A DNA stretch of 64,000 nucleotides from Eledone cirrhosa (Eukaryota): the NCBI GenBank assembly GCA_964016885.1, contig OZ024742.1, forward strand, positions 29,760,001 to 29,824,000, written 5' to 3'. The notes beneath the pieces were generated by a model. It saw only the letters and a program-made list of their open reading frames with translations, was not told the origin of the DNA and ran no database searches. The translations under genes and the position numbers were made by a program. Shown here in pieces: positions 42,362 to 54,580 of this stretch (its first letter is position 1; each line of letters starts with the position of its first letter).

Positions 42362-42954
42362 AGGCTACTGCAAAGAGACTCACAGCAGCAACACCACCAA
42401 CATCATCACCACCCACATTAGCACCACCATCAGCACCGGCGACAACCTCATCGCCAACAACAACATCTTCAACACCACCACCACAAGCACCAACATCGCA
42501 AACACAACAACAAAACACACACACCCAGCAACAACGACAAGAAAATAGCAAAACCACAGCCCACCCCCAGAAAAACAAATGCACGGCAATAAATACACAC
42601 AACAAGAAACTAATGACTTACATAATTGAACACACAGACATTTCACAGCACGACTACATAATACCAGCACCAATCAAAACACCAACGAACATAAGACTGG
42701 TAAGAATAGCACAGAAAAAATACACAAACATTAAAACGAAATTCCCAACGCAGTTGGTGATTTCAGAGCCCTATGAGGGACTCTCAACCGGAAAGTATAT
42801 TCGGACATACTCATAGAAGAGCCGACGACCAGCCGAAGGGACGATTCAACGGTCCCTTCACCAGACGATCAAGTGAAAAGGGATGGAGAAACCATCCTTC
42901 CTCTACGAAAAGTACGGTAAGTGGTCTTTCCCATCTTTTCCACTCCATTTCAAC

Positions 42955-45900
42955 ATGACCTCACTCAGAATAGGCAGCATAAATGCGCGTGGCTTGGGGT
43001 CGTCATGGAAGCAGGGCCACCTGCTCAACGACCTCAGGTCACTAAACATAGATGTAGTGGCCATCAGCGAGACCAGATTCTCAAAAGCACGGGCCTTCGC
43101 ACCGATCTTCGGCGGCTACGATGTGTACGCATCTCCCAGCCGTCCTGGATCGGGGGGAGGAGTTGCTGTGCTTTTTCGGAGAGGTTTGGATCTCGCCATA
43201 CGGGCCATCTTCCTGGACCCAGAGGGTAAGTTGGTGGTGCTGGACGTGACCAGCAGAGACGGGCAAGCTTTCAGGCTAGTGGCCGTCTATGCCCCGACAG
43301 GAGCAGGGCGGCCTGATTTCTTCCGGCGTCTGGAGACCTTTCTTGGAACGTCCCGCTCTTTAGTGTTAGTGGGCGACTGGAACGGGATCTTAGATGCACG
43401 CTGGGACTGTGTGGGATTAGCGGATAGGGGTGGAGGGTGCAAGAGCCTCACCAACCTGCTCAGGCGTTTTGAACTGTCTGACAGGTACCGATTAGATTTC
43501 CCGAATGTGCCAATGTGGACTTGGACAAATCGTATAGGGTCATCCAGATCATATCTAGATTGAGTATTTTGTAGGGAAATAGATAGGTCTAGCATAGGCT
43601 GTCCACAATTCAAGATAGTCAGCTACACGGACCACAAATTCGTGATCTATGTGCATGACTTAGATAGGCTTCATAGACGAGGACCCAGCTACTGGAAGCT
43701 AAACGCGTCCTTACCAGCGCGCAATGCCTACAGAGACCGGATTAGCGTATTAATTAAGCGGGCGTTGACGGGGGCGGGCGTCAACAACAGGTGGTGGTTC
43801 GCCCTGAAAAGGGCAATTAAAGTAGAGTCGATTAGGTTTAGCAAAGGAGTAGTGATAGAGGAAAATAGAGTAGAGGGAGAGCTAGTCAGAAAGCTAGAAG
43901 AGGCGTTTCGGACAGGCATCGCAACCGAGGTGCTTGCGGTGAGATTGGCACTCGACCAATTCTTCAACGCAAAACACGAAGGCTGCGTTGTCAGAGCTAG
44001 AGCGCGTGCTCTGAAACACGAGGGGACAAAAGCCGTCCAATGGGCCCGGGTGGCAGAGGCGCGACGTGGCAATAAAGCCACAATTCGGTCTTTGTCTGAC
44101 CAAAACGGGTGCGTGATGCTCGAACCCGAGCGGATGTGTGAAGCTTTTCAGCAACACTTTGCTGAACTGTTCGGGAGCGGCGGCGGCCCGGTTCGGGGCA
44201 TAGACTTCAGTGCATACCTCGACGGACTGCCTCGGCTCTCGACGACCGCAGCACAGTGTTGCGAAAAGCCAATAACAGCCGGTGAAATACGGGAAGCGAT
44301 GGCTAACTGCACAAGAGCTAAATCGCCAGGTTTAGATGGTCTGCCCTACGAGCTTTATGCATTTATGCCAGACTTGTTCGGTGACCTCTTGGCAGACGTC
44401 TACTGCAACTGGCAGCAGAACGGGAGCATTCCCAGTTTTGTGAGCCGGGGAGCAGTGGCGCTGCTGAGAAAAGACCCGAAGAAGGGGGATGTTATTGATA
44501 ATTTAAAGCCCATAACCCTGCTAAACGCAGAGTTCAAGATTTTCGCCAAGGTGTTAGCAACGAGGTTGGCGCTTGTCGTCAAGGGTCTGGTGGGAGAGGT
44601 GCAGACATGCGCCATCCCGGACAGATCCATACACGACAACCTCCACCTCATGCGATACATCATAGAGAGGGTGGTTAAAGAACCTGGCAGGGGTGGGGCT
44701 CTGATCAACTTGGATCAATCCAAAGCATTCGATAGGGTCGACCATCGGTACCTGGCGGCGGTCCTCGGGGAAGCCGGTTTCGGGTCCGTTTTCAGGCGTT
44801 GGATCGCAGCAATGTACAGCGACATCTGATCAGTTGTGAGGGTGAACGGTCAGCTGTCGCAGCCGTTCAGCATCATGCGCTCAGTCCGCCAGGGTTGTCC
44901 CCTCTCGTCCCCCTTGTACGTATTGGCTCTCGAGCCATTACTGCACAAACTGGGGGCGATGAGGGGCGTCCCACGCGAACTAGGATGCGGGAAATCCGAG
45001 TCGGCTTACGCTGACGACGTCGCCGTGGTGGTGTCGAGCACCAGACACGTCCAGATGCTCGGCACCGCGCACAAGGAATACGAAACGGTGACAGGAGCAA
45101 AGATAAACCAGGAAAAGTCGGTGGGCTTGCAGCTAGGCACCTGGAGAGGCAAGTCCATGCCGTCCGACAGCGTCGTGGGGCGTTGGACGGACGGACCGGT
45201 TAAATTGCTCGGGGTCTGGTTCGGACCGGACCTACAGATGGAGAAAAACTGGAACGAGGTGACGAGCAGGGTGGCCTGCCTCACCCAGAAATGGGCTGAG
45301 AGGAAGCTGTCCCTGAAAGGCCGGGCGGAAGTGGCAAATGCGTACATCGCATCCGTCATCTTCTACCGCCTCACCGTCGTCCCTTGCTCCAGCCCAACTC
45401 TCACCAAAATGGAGCGCCTCCTCTTCCGCTTTTTGTGGAAGGGACGCGCTCCCATGGTCAGACGATCCATCTGCTGTCAACACCCGTTGGGTGGAGGACT
45501 GGGCATGCCATGGCTGATGATGCGCAAACATGTGCTGAGGCTGCGACATCTCTGGTACTTCCTTGATGGTGAACGGGTGCGGTCGCCGTACGTCAGGCAC
45601 ATTTTCCCACAGCTCGTCTCCTTGACGGAGCTGCAGTCCTGGGTCAGAAAAAGACCGAGGGATAGCGCTTGGAAACTGGAATGTCTCCAGGCGCTTACTG
45701 CCCTCTCCCAGTTGGGCATCAGTATCGGTGGAACATCCACCTCGGCGTTCTATAGAGGACTAGTGGAGGGGAAGAGCGAGGACGTTCTCGGAGAGATCCT
45801 GGGCGTCGAAGAAGATCAGCTGCTTGCTCTCTTCCGGAGAACTTTCAGCCCGGGGCCTATGGATAACTTCCAAAAATCTCTGGCCTGGCAGTGCTGCCGG

Positions 45901-46373
45901 GGAGCGCTGCCGGTTCGAGATAAGCTCTACAGGCACGGAAGTGCCGTAGCCGAGCCTGTCCGAGATGCGCGCATAGCGACGAAACCGTTGTGCACGCACT
46001 CGTTCAGTGCCCGAGCATTGCTGATTTGTGGAGCCATGTCGAACAGTTGCTGTCACGTGTAGGACTGATCCGGTTGTCGACTGAGTCCATTGTGCAGATG
46101 GTCTCGCCGTCTTCCTTTGAGGAGGAAGGGCAGGCGGTTTTCATCTGCCTGGTGGCCATGGCGAAAGAGATTGTGTGGTGGACAAGGTTAAAAGGATTAA
46201 AGACAAACACTTTCCTCTTCGGCGAATCCCTGATTAACTTTTTCAAGTTTAACTTGAAGACGAAAATCAGGGTGGAGAGGCAAGTGCTGCTTTCTAGCAA
46301 GTTTGTTGAAAGGTGGGTGAATGTAGAGAGAATGGTCCGAGTGAACGGGACCACTCTGAATATACGTCTGTAG
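42955..46373 (+). pseudogene. Tx1 B ORF2 (APE-RT-zinc finger) with two stops and one frameshift
   Basis: NARG, GDWN, SYLD, SPGLDG, LDQSKAFDRV, RQGCPLS, AYADD; stops at 43561 and 44827; frameshift ~45950. Confidence 0.93.
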
Positions 46374-46691
46374 TTTGAGAGATGGAAAAATTGAGAGAGG
46401 GCGCTTGCCCTGGTAATCAGGGTGGCCGTGGTCTTTTGTGTGGTTTTCGCCACGAGTAACCCTCGGAGGTTTCCCCGCTATTTGGGGAATTTTTTATTGT
46501 TTCAATTTTCATTTTATTGTTTATATATATATATATGTTTTGTCTTTTTTCTTTTCTTATATAAATAATAAAAATATTTACATGCACAAAACCCACATCG
46601 TACCGTCCTGTTCCGTCTGTGATGTTTTTCTTGATGTCAGCCCTTGTGACCAATAAAGAAATCATTATTATTATTATTATTGTTATTGTTA

Positions 46692-47387
46692 TTCCTTGAA
46701 TCTCAGTCATTGATGTTGGTTAACTGGAAAGTCCGTTGGATTGAATATCAAGCCACTACCTGCAGCCTCAGATATTCAGGACGTATCGGAGGGTTCTTGC
46801 CGTTCCAAGCAAGCATGCCTTTTGAAGCGTTCCAAAAAGCGTGAAGGGGCCGATTTTCTTTAACCATCCCTGGAAACCTTTGGAGATAGTCCCCAGTGCG
46901 CCTATGACAATCGGGATCACTTTGACTTCATGGCAGTTCCAAATCCTTTTCACCTCCCACTTTAGGTCCTGGTATCGGTTAATTTTCTCCCTCTCCTTCT
47001 CTTGCACTCTCGTGTCGAACGGGCAGGCCACATCCACAATCAGGCACGATCTTTTTTCTTTGTCCACAACCACCAGGTCAGGTCTATTGTGTTCCAGTTT
47101 TTTGTCCGTCTGTATCCTAAAATCCCACAGCACCTTCACCTGACTGTTCTCCATCACCGCCTCTGGCCTATGCTCATACCATTTCTCAGAATGTGGTAGA
47201 TTGTTTACTTTGCACAGGTGCCAGTGGATCACCCTGCCCATCACATCGTGTCTCCAGCCCTTATAGTGGGTCTGGGCTAGGTGTTTACACTCGGACACAA
47301 TGTGATCCACAGTCTCCTCTCTCTCTCCACAGATCCTGCACAGTGGGCTAGCCTCCTCCTTGTAGATATGGTGCTTCAACCACTTCG

Positions 47388-47388
<1 letters not shown>
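46692..47388 (-). mobile_element. 5'-truncated Dong/R4-like element (CCHC finger plus RLE)
   Basis: CRICGEREETVDHIVSEC...RHD...WDFRIQTD...NRPDLVV...DVACP...EKINRYQDL...IPIVIGALG; (TAA)n at both ends. Confidence 0.88.
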
Positions 47389-47452
<64 letters not shown>

Positions 47453-47559
47453 TATTATTTCTACTTTTGGCACAAGGCCAGCAATTATCCCAGTGCATTA
47501 CAGTGCAGTACTTTATTTTAAATAAACGAAAGATATATTTACTTTATATCATCTCTATT

Positions 47560-47636
47560 TATTTCATTATATATATTTCGAAGATGCAAAGTTTTATGTA
47601 TAACCTAAACTAGAACATGTCTCTTCAGACAAAATA
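47560..47636 (-). ncRNA. Type I hammerhead ribozyme, palindromic stem III
   Basis: TATTTTGT-CTGAAGA-GACATG...CATCTTC-GAAA-TATATA-TA-ATGAAATA (8-bp stem I with two GU). Confidence 0.7.
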
Positions 47637-47705
47637 CATATCAGATGTATAATTTTTCATGATATACTGGTAGCCAAACGAGCTGGACATATCGGTGACC
47701 ACCAA

Positions 47706-47800
<95 letters not shown>

Positions 47801-48145
47801 TATTGAAATTTCCGTAGAAATGTATCTAATACCCTGTTTTTAGTTTACCTGCCAGACAGAGAATCACATCATGTCTGTGTAGTTTACAGATACACAGATA
47901 CACTAGCCCTAACACATATATTTACGCAACACTTTTTCACTATACGTACACATTTGTACATACACACGTATGTACATCTGTGAGCGTATATACATACATA
48001 TACACACACCTAACTATATTTCTTGAAAGTTTTTTATATATTTCATATGGCTATTGTAATTCCTTTGTTTATATTTATATATAATTTTTTTTGCTTTTCT
48101 TGATGAGACTTTCCAAGTATTTAGCCATGTTTTATATTGCCTCGT

Positions 48146-48211
48146 CTGACGAACGAATGAAGACGTTTCTTTCGTATTCGCCTCATTCGGGAAACCTCTG
48201 GTAATGAGGTA
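48146..48211 (+). ncRNA. Hammerhead core (family of 14919-14982) at the end of a related unit 47800-48238
   Basis: CTGACGA-ACGAATGAAGACG...CGCCTCATTCGG-GAAA-CCTC-TGGTAAT-GAGG-TA; followed by (TA)n. Confidence 0.65.
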
Positions 48212-48272
48212 ATTATATTGTATTGATTTTTATACATTATATATATATATATATATATATTTAATATAGAAA

Positions 48273-48323
48273 GGCTTCTACAGGAATAGAACTGTTTCAT
48301 TCGGGAGAAATCATCAGGAAGCC
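48273..48323 (-). ncRNA. Type I hammerhead ribozyme forming almost the whole ~70-bp island in (TA)n
   Basis: GGCTTC-CTGATGA-T.TTC-TCCC-GAA.T-GAAA-CAG-TTCTATTC-CTG-TA-GAAGCC. Confidence 0.8.
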
Positions 48324-48326
48324 GCC

Positions 48327-48378
<52 letters not shown>

Positions 48379-48420
48379 GTAATCTGAGTAGTAGAGCGAT
48401 ATCTTTTGGGCAGTTATTAT

Positions 48421-48580
48421 ATTGGCAGTATTGGTAGAGGGTCGGACGCCATGCTTTGACGCATAGAGTTACGGCCCTTGCCATTCTGAATTCAAATCCC
48501 GCCGAGGTTAACTTTGCCTTTCATCCTTACGGGGTCGATAAAATAAAGTACTAGTAATCTACTGTGCCAAATGTAGAAAC

Positions 48581-48585
<5 letters not shown>
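48421..48585 (+). mobile_element. SINE family 1
   Basis: Head, B box and body, with a deleted tail segment. Confidence 0.85.
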
Positions 48586-48647
<62 letters not shown>

Positions 48648-50192
48648 CCAACTATGGTTTAAATAGCCCCACCAACCTGCAATTGGCTAAGTGTGGTGAG
48701 TATTAAGCTACATCTCTGAAGACATGACTATGACCAAACAGAAAGCGGCAGAAGTCAACCAAGGTGGGGTTTTCTCCAACAGGAATGAGAAGGCCCTGAA
48801 TTCTATTAGAAATATAGTTGGTTAGATTCAACACTACTATTCAATACTACATATCACCTTCTCCAATTCCTGACCTTTCGTTGCTAAAAGTTAGAAAGCA
48901 ATTTGTAAGTTGGTTCTACCATATTTGTTGATCTCTCCCGAGTTAAGTGGGTGTGAGTTTATTACGTAAATTCCTCCATAAATTTTAGATTATAACTTTG
49001 ATTCCTAACAATAATACGATAATCCTCTATAAAATACGTCTAGATCGATATTTTTACTACAATTGTCTCTTCCAATATTCATATCATTTCCATTTTCAAA
49101 TATTTTTAGTTTGTTTTCTTATTTCTTTCGTATTTTTTTTTTTTGTTTTTTTTTGTATTTTTATTTTTTTTGTATTTTATATATTTTTATTTTTCATTTT
49201 CATTTTTTATCTTTTATTTTTTTATATATATTTTTATTTTATTTTATATATTTTTTTATATATATTTTATTTTTTGTTATATTTTATATTATATTTGTTT
49301 GTGCTGTTTTATCTCTCTTATATTTTATTCCTCTTTCCTACTTTGTCGGTCTCCTACCCACTGATCTTTTTAGAGTTCTTGTAAACAACTATACAGTCAA
49401 ATAATGTTTTCTCACGTAGTTAACACCGGTATTAGCATTCTACAAGACTTGCACTTCTGTTGCGCGTGATTTTTAATCCAGTTACAGTCGTTGGTCTTAA
49501 CCACCTCCTCTTATTTTGCCTTCATTTTCCTCTTTATTTTTTTTTAGGTTTAGGTTTAGGTTGTTGTTTTTCTCTCTCTTTTGTGGTCTTTGTTGTTGTT
49601 TTTATTATTGTTATTTTTGTAGTTGTTTTTGTAGATGTTGTAGTTTTTGTAGTTTTTGTTGTGGTTGTTGTTGTTGTGGTGGTGGTTGTAGTTTTTGTTG
49701 AGCTTTTTGTTGTTGTTCTTCCTTTTCGTCTTCTTCTTCATTGGGCTTCCGTTCCTTTCCAATCCATTGCCCTATAAAACCCTACTTTACTCATAAAGGG
49801 AGAGAGGGAGAGAGAGGGAGAAAAGAGAGAGACAGAGAAGAGAGGTGGAGAGAGAGAGAGAGAGAGAGAGATTAAGACAAGGTAAGAAATAAAGTTGCGG
49901 ACAAAAAATAGAGTTAGAGAAAGAATGTGAGAAATGACGAGAGTAAGACGAAGGTGGGTAGAGTGAGAGAGAGAGGGAAGAGAAAGTACATCTGTTAGAG
50001 AGGGGTTGGGACAGAGAGAAAGGAAGACAGACTAATGGAGGTAGAGTGAGAGAGAGTACATATGTAAGAGAAGTGGGACAGAGAGAGGGAGAGAGACAGA
50101 TAGACAGACAGACAGACGAGTGAAAGATATAAAAAATAGAGACAAGGAGACAGATATATAGAGAGAGGGAAAGTATGAGAGTGAGAGGATAG

Positions 50193-50229
<37 letters not shown>

Positions 50230-51124
50230 AAGCTGGAGAAAGTTTGAGAGAGAGAGAATAAAAGCGAGCATAAGAGAGATACATACTCATGAACACACAC
50301 ATACACATACATACATACTCATACGCACGCTCATACACACATATATACACATATAGTCACAAATACGATACGTCTGTAAACACACACACATACATACCTA
50401 CACACACATATTCACTCACATACACAAACAAACACATACATCCACACTTACATAAACACACTCATACATATAGAGCTCCGTCCACAAACACACATACACA
50501 TGTACACACTCACATACATACACATATATACACCACCCACATTTAACTATGCACAGACACACACATAGACACATAGCCCCACCCCCTCCCACACACACAG
50601 ACATACACACATATACCCCCCCCCCAAAACACATATATATATAGACTCCCACACACTCACCCACCTACACACAGACACACACAGATAGAGCCCAGTCACA
50701 CAACCCCTCACACACAGACACACAGACACACACAGAGACTGACATACAGACACACAAACCCACAGAGACACACCGACACACACACACACACACATACCAC
50801 ACACACAAAGACACACCGAGACCTACGAACACACACATACACCGACACACACACACACAGACACCGACACACATACAGACGTACAAACACACAGAGACAC
50901 ACATTCACACATATATATACATAAATTTATTTTTCACGTTTCATTCTTTACTTTAGGCTAATTAGTGCGACCTCATTAAATGCCGTGTCGTTTATCTCTG
51001 ACAGTCAATGGTGGCTTTTTACTGTTAATCTTACAACGACGTCGTAAATACGTCATACATCATAGCTACATTACGTGTTGTGATTTAGATGTTGCGATTA
51101 GATGTAGTCAACAGGTCAGTGGAC

Positions 51125-52230
51125 AGGCAATGGCCAAATGGATAAGAGGTTTGCTCCGCAATCATTAGATTCTCAGTTTTGTTTCGATCCAACTCTCGTG
51201 TCATCGTGGACAAACAAATATTATATGCTACATACAGCCTCGGCTAGATCTAAGCCTTGTTCCTCGAGTCATTTTGGGCAAATATGATTTATACAGCCTC
51301 AGCTATCCCCAATCCTTGTTCTTCGTGTCATTTGGCGTAAATATGGAGAACATGTCATTTATTGATTTCTGATTTAGGCACAAAAGTAGGAGGGGAAAAG
51401 TCGATCAAATCGACCCCAGGAAAATACTGGTACTTCGTTTTATCGTCCTCATACGGATGAAAGCCAAAGCTAACCTCGGCAAGATTTGATCTAAGATCGC
51501 AAAGGGGCATAGCTCTATACCATAAAGCATGTTGTAGGACACTCTACCGATACTGCCAATATTACAACTTCATCTAAACCCAAGCCTTGCCCCCTCCTGC
51601 CATTTTGGGCAAATATTATTTACTCCAGCTACTTCTAGACCCAAACTTTGTTCGCGTTATTTTGGGCAAATATTATTTACCCCAACCTCTGCTAGACCTG
51701 GGGCTTGACCCTCATGTCATTTTGGGCAGATATTATTTACTAAAGCTTCGGTTAGATCCAGGCCTTGTCCCTCATATTGTTTGGGGTCAAATATTATTTA
51801 CTCCAGCTTCTGCTTGACCCAAGCCATATCCTTCGAGTTATTATGGGAAAATATCATTCACTAAAACCCCGGTGAAGGTACATGGCTTAGTGGTTAGAGA
51901 ATCGGATTCACAATCGTGAGATTGTGAGTTCGATTCCCGAGTCGAGTGATGCCTTGTGTCCTTGAGTAAAACACTCTATTTCATGTTGCCAAGTATTACG
52001 ACTGGCAGATAGTACCAGCAATTGGAAAGACCAATGGAAACATTATTTCTTTGGTCCGGCAAGCGAATGAGGACTGGGGTTCCGTCGTTCGTTCTTGTAA
52101 CTGGAACTGGAAAGCCTCAAACTTTGTTCCTCGTGTGATTCTTGATAAATATTATTTACACTACAGCCTCAGCTAGATCCATGCTTTGTGAATAACATTG
52201 CGTCGACTGAAACTGTGTAGATGCCCGTTG
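51125..52230 (+). repeat. SINE (family 3) whose internal ~59-bp segment is tandemly amplified, with nested SINE1 (51362-51561, -) and SINE2 head (51871-51990, +)
   Basis: Unit TCATTTTGGGCAAATATTATTTACTCCAGC...CTAGACCCAAGCCTTGTTCCTCGTG recurs at ~51200, 51269, 51328, 51600, 51658, 51717, 51777, 51837, 52135, between a tRNA-like head and the tail GAAACTGTGTAGATGCCC. Confidence 0.7.
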
Positions 52231-52321
52231 GATTGAATGAACTTGTAACTGAAAGGGCTAGTCACACAGTGAGAATTACTACGCGAGACTGGGGACTACA
52301 GTAACATATCAAATCCCCTAA

Positions 52322-52680
52322 ACATGGCCGAATGGTTAACAAGTTTGCTTCGGAATCATTAGGGATCGGGTTCAATCCCACAGCGTGGCATCTTAGGTAA
52401 GTGTCATTTACCATAGCTTCGGCTCAACCAACATGGAATTTGGTAAACGGAAACTGTTTGGAAGCCCATTGGATGGACTTGCATCTGAAACCCAAGGGGG
52501 CAGCCATGTCCCACACTGTATCACGCTGAATCTCCCTGAGAATTACCTCTAAGGGTACACGTGCAGTGTGATGCTCATCCACTTACCCACGTCAATTTCA
52601 TGAGCAGGCTGTTCCGTTGGTCGAAAAACTGGGACGCTCATCGCCGAAATCAACGGGGGTCCATTGTGTTCAAACGTGAA
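52322..52680 (+). mobile_element. tRNA-derived SINE (family 3), unexpanded copy
   Basis: A box TGGCCGAATGG, B box GGTTCAATCCC, body CGTGGCATCTTAGGTAAGTGTC, tail GGAAACTGTTTGGAAGCCC. Confidence 0.75.
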
Positions 52681-52797
52681 TTTGTGTGAGATTATATTTT
52701 CAGGGAGATGCAGTTTATTCACAGCTGAATTGTAATTCACATGCATACATGTATTTGTGCCTATGTATGTGTGCGTATATATATATATATATATATA

Positions 52798-53692
52798 CGA
52801 GGTGTGTCAGAAAAGTTCCAGGACTGATGTCACAAAAGATTTATTTCAATCCCAAACTTCACACTAAGAGTTTTCTCCTTCAAAGTAATCCCCCTGGAGT
52901 CTAATGCACTTTTCCATCCTTTTCTGCCAAGCTTGCATGAACTCCTGGAAGGATTCTTCCGGGATCCTCCGCAGTTACGTCGTCACGGCCTTTTTGATGT
53001 CGTCCACGTCTTCAAAACGGGTCCCCTCCGAGTCGTACTCGAAGATCCATGACTGATCACCGGTGATGACTGTCCCTAGCAAGTCTGGTTCGGTTTCAAG
53101 ACGCTCGAGGATGTCCTGGCACACTTGCATGCGTCGACCCTTCTGGTCATCGTTCAGCAGGTTTGGCACCATCTTCGCGCAGACTTTCCGCATGTCCAAA
53201 TCTTCAGTGAGAATCTTCCAGACGCTGCCCCGATTCATGCTCAGCTCATTTGCCATCAGTCGAACAGTCAGCCGACGATCGCTACGCACCATCTGTCTGA
53301 CGCGCTCAACGTTGACCTCAGTCTTGGTTGTTGAGGGTCTTCCTCTCCTGGGGTCATCTTCCACGTCCTCGCGTCCTTCTTTAAACCTCTTGCACACTCA
53401 AAAAAACGTGAGCGTGACATCGTCTTATCTCCATACATTGCTTGCAGTAATCCCAGTGCTTCTGACGGAGTTTTCAAGTTTGTTCGTTGCTCTGTGCTCA
53501 TTGCTTGACGACCTGAAACAGAGGACATGTATATAAAATTATGAAGAAAAAAGTTTGATCGCTGCAGAGAGCTAAGATTACAGTTACATACTCCAGGGGG
53601 ATTACTTTGAAGGAGAAAACTCTTAGTGTGAAGTTTTCGTTTGAAATAAATCTTTTGTGGCATCAGTCCTGGAACTTTTCTGACACACCTCG
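52798..53692 (-). mobile_element. Internally deleted mariner transposon with ~100-bp TIRs and TA TSD
   Basis: TIRs 52798-52900/53590-53692; KRFKEGREDVEDDPRRGRP...VCAKMVP...ITGDQSWIFEYD fused directly to GTRFEDVDDIK. Confidence 0.93.
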
Positions 53693-53958
53693 TATATACA
53701 AATATATATATTCGCATAAATATATGTGCACGTACGTGTGTGTAAGTCTGTGTACATGTGTGTGTCTATATGTGTATGTATGTGTGTGTATATATATATG
53801 TACGTATATGTGTGTATATGTGTGTATGTTGAGATCTGTTACCAGCGAAATCCTTCCTTCACAATTGAAGCTTATATATATATATAATATAACAAAGGAA
53901 ATGTGGTAAGGAACCAGATGGACCATATTTAGGGTAGTAGAGTGGGAAATAGGAAAAA

Positions 53959-54063
53959 TATGACCCCGACGGCAGAGCTCAAGCCGTTTCGACGGCTATT
54001 TCTGGACTAATTTAGTCCAGAAATAGCCGTCGAAACGGCTTGAACTCTGCCGTCGGGGTCATA
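53959..54063. repeat. 52-bp-arm palindrome made of the 3' half of the U3:A8 hammerhead family
   Basis: Arms 53959-54010/54012-54063 with one mismatch; sequence matches 63614-63665; (TA)n on both sides. Confidence 0.92.
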
Positions 54064-54069
54064 CTTTTT

Positions 54070-54158
<89 letters not shown>

Positions 54159-54187
54159 TTATGTAATAAACAACATAAGATAATTAT

Positions 54188-54245
54188 TTCATTTACCAGT
54201 GGTTTCTTGAAAGCAGATGTATCTGTTTTCAGTCGTCAGAATGAA
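54188..54245 (-). ncRNA. Type I hammerhead ribozyme
   Basis: TTCATT-CTGACGA-C.TGAAAACAGA-TACA-TCTGCTTTCA.A-GAAA-CC-ACT-GG-TA-AATGAA; about 30 nt from (TA)n. Confidence 0.8.
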
Positions 54246-54580
54246 TAAAACATGGTGTTTTTTTTTTTTATTAAATATGTATTTGAAAAAAACAATATAA
54301 GAAATATGAAAGTGAGGCTGAGGAAACAACGGGCAAAGAAGAAGAAGGGAAAAAGAATACATATATATATATAAACAATAAATATATAAACATACACACA
54401 CTCAACCACGCGCATATACTTAAAAAGTACGTAGACGTATACTTTATCACATAAGCGTATATGTGTCTACAGTTCTTACCCATATATACTTTTTCTCCCT
54501 CATCTCCTTCTATATCTCTTTATATTTATTATTTTTTTCCTATTATTTATAAAATTTGTTTCAGTTGACTTATAATCCCA

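Larger units (their letters stand above)
40566..46663 (+). mobile_element. Near full-length Tx1-clade retrotransposon B inserted in (ATT)n
   Basis: ORF1, ORF2, 3' UTR with AATAAA at 46652; both flanks read (ATT)6G (40547-40565, 46664-46682), a candidate TSD. Confidence 0.93.

Noticed and set aside
48717-48760. CTGAAGA...GAAA in a TA-adjacent repeat related to 39305-39370
   Set aside because: No convincing stems.
51871-52400. tRNA genes
   Set aside because: A and B boxes continue into SINE bodies and no cloverleaf is evident.
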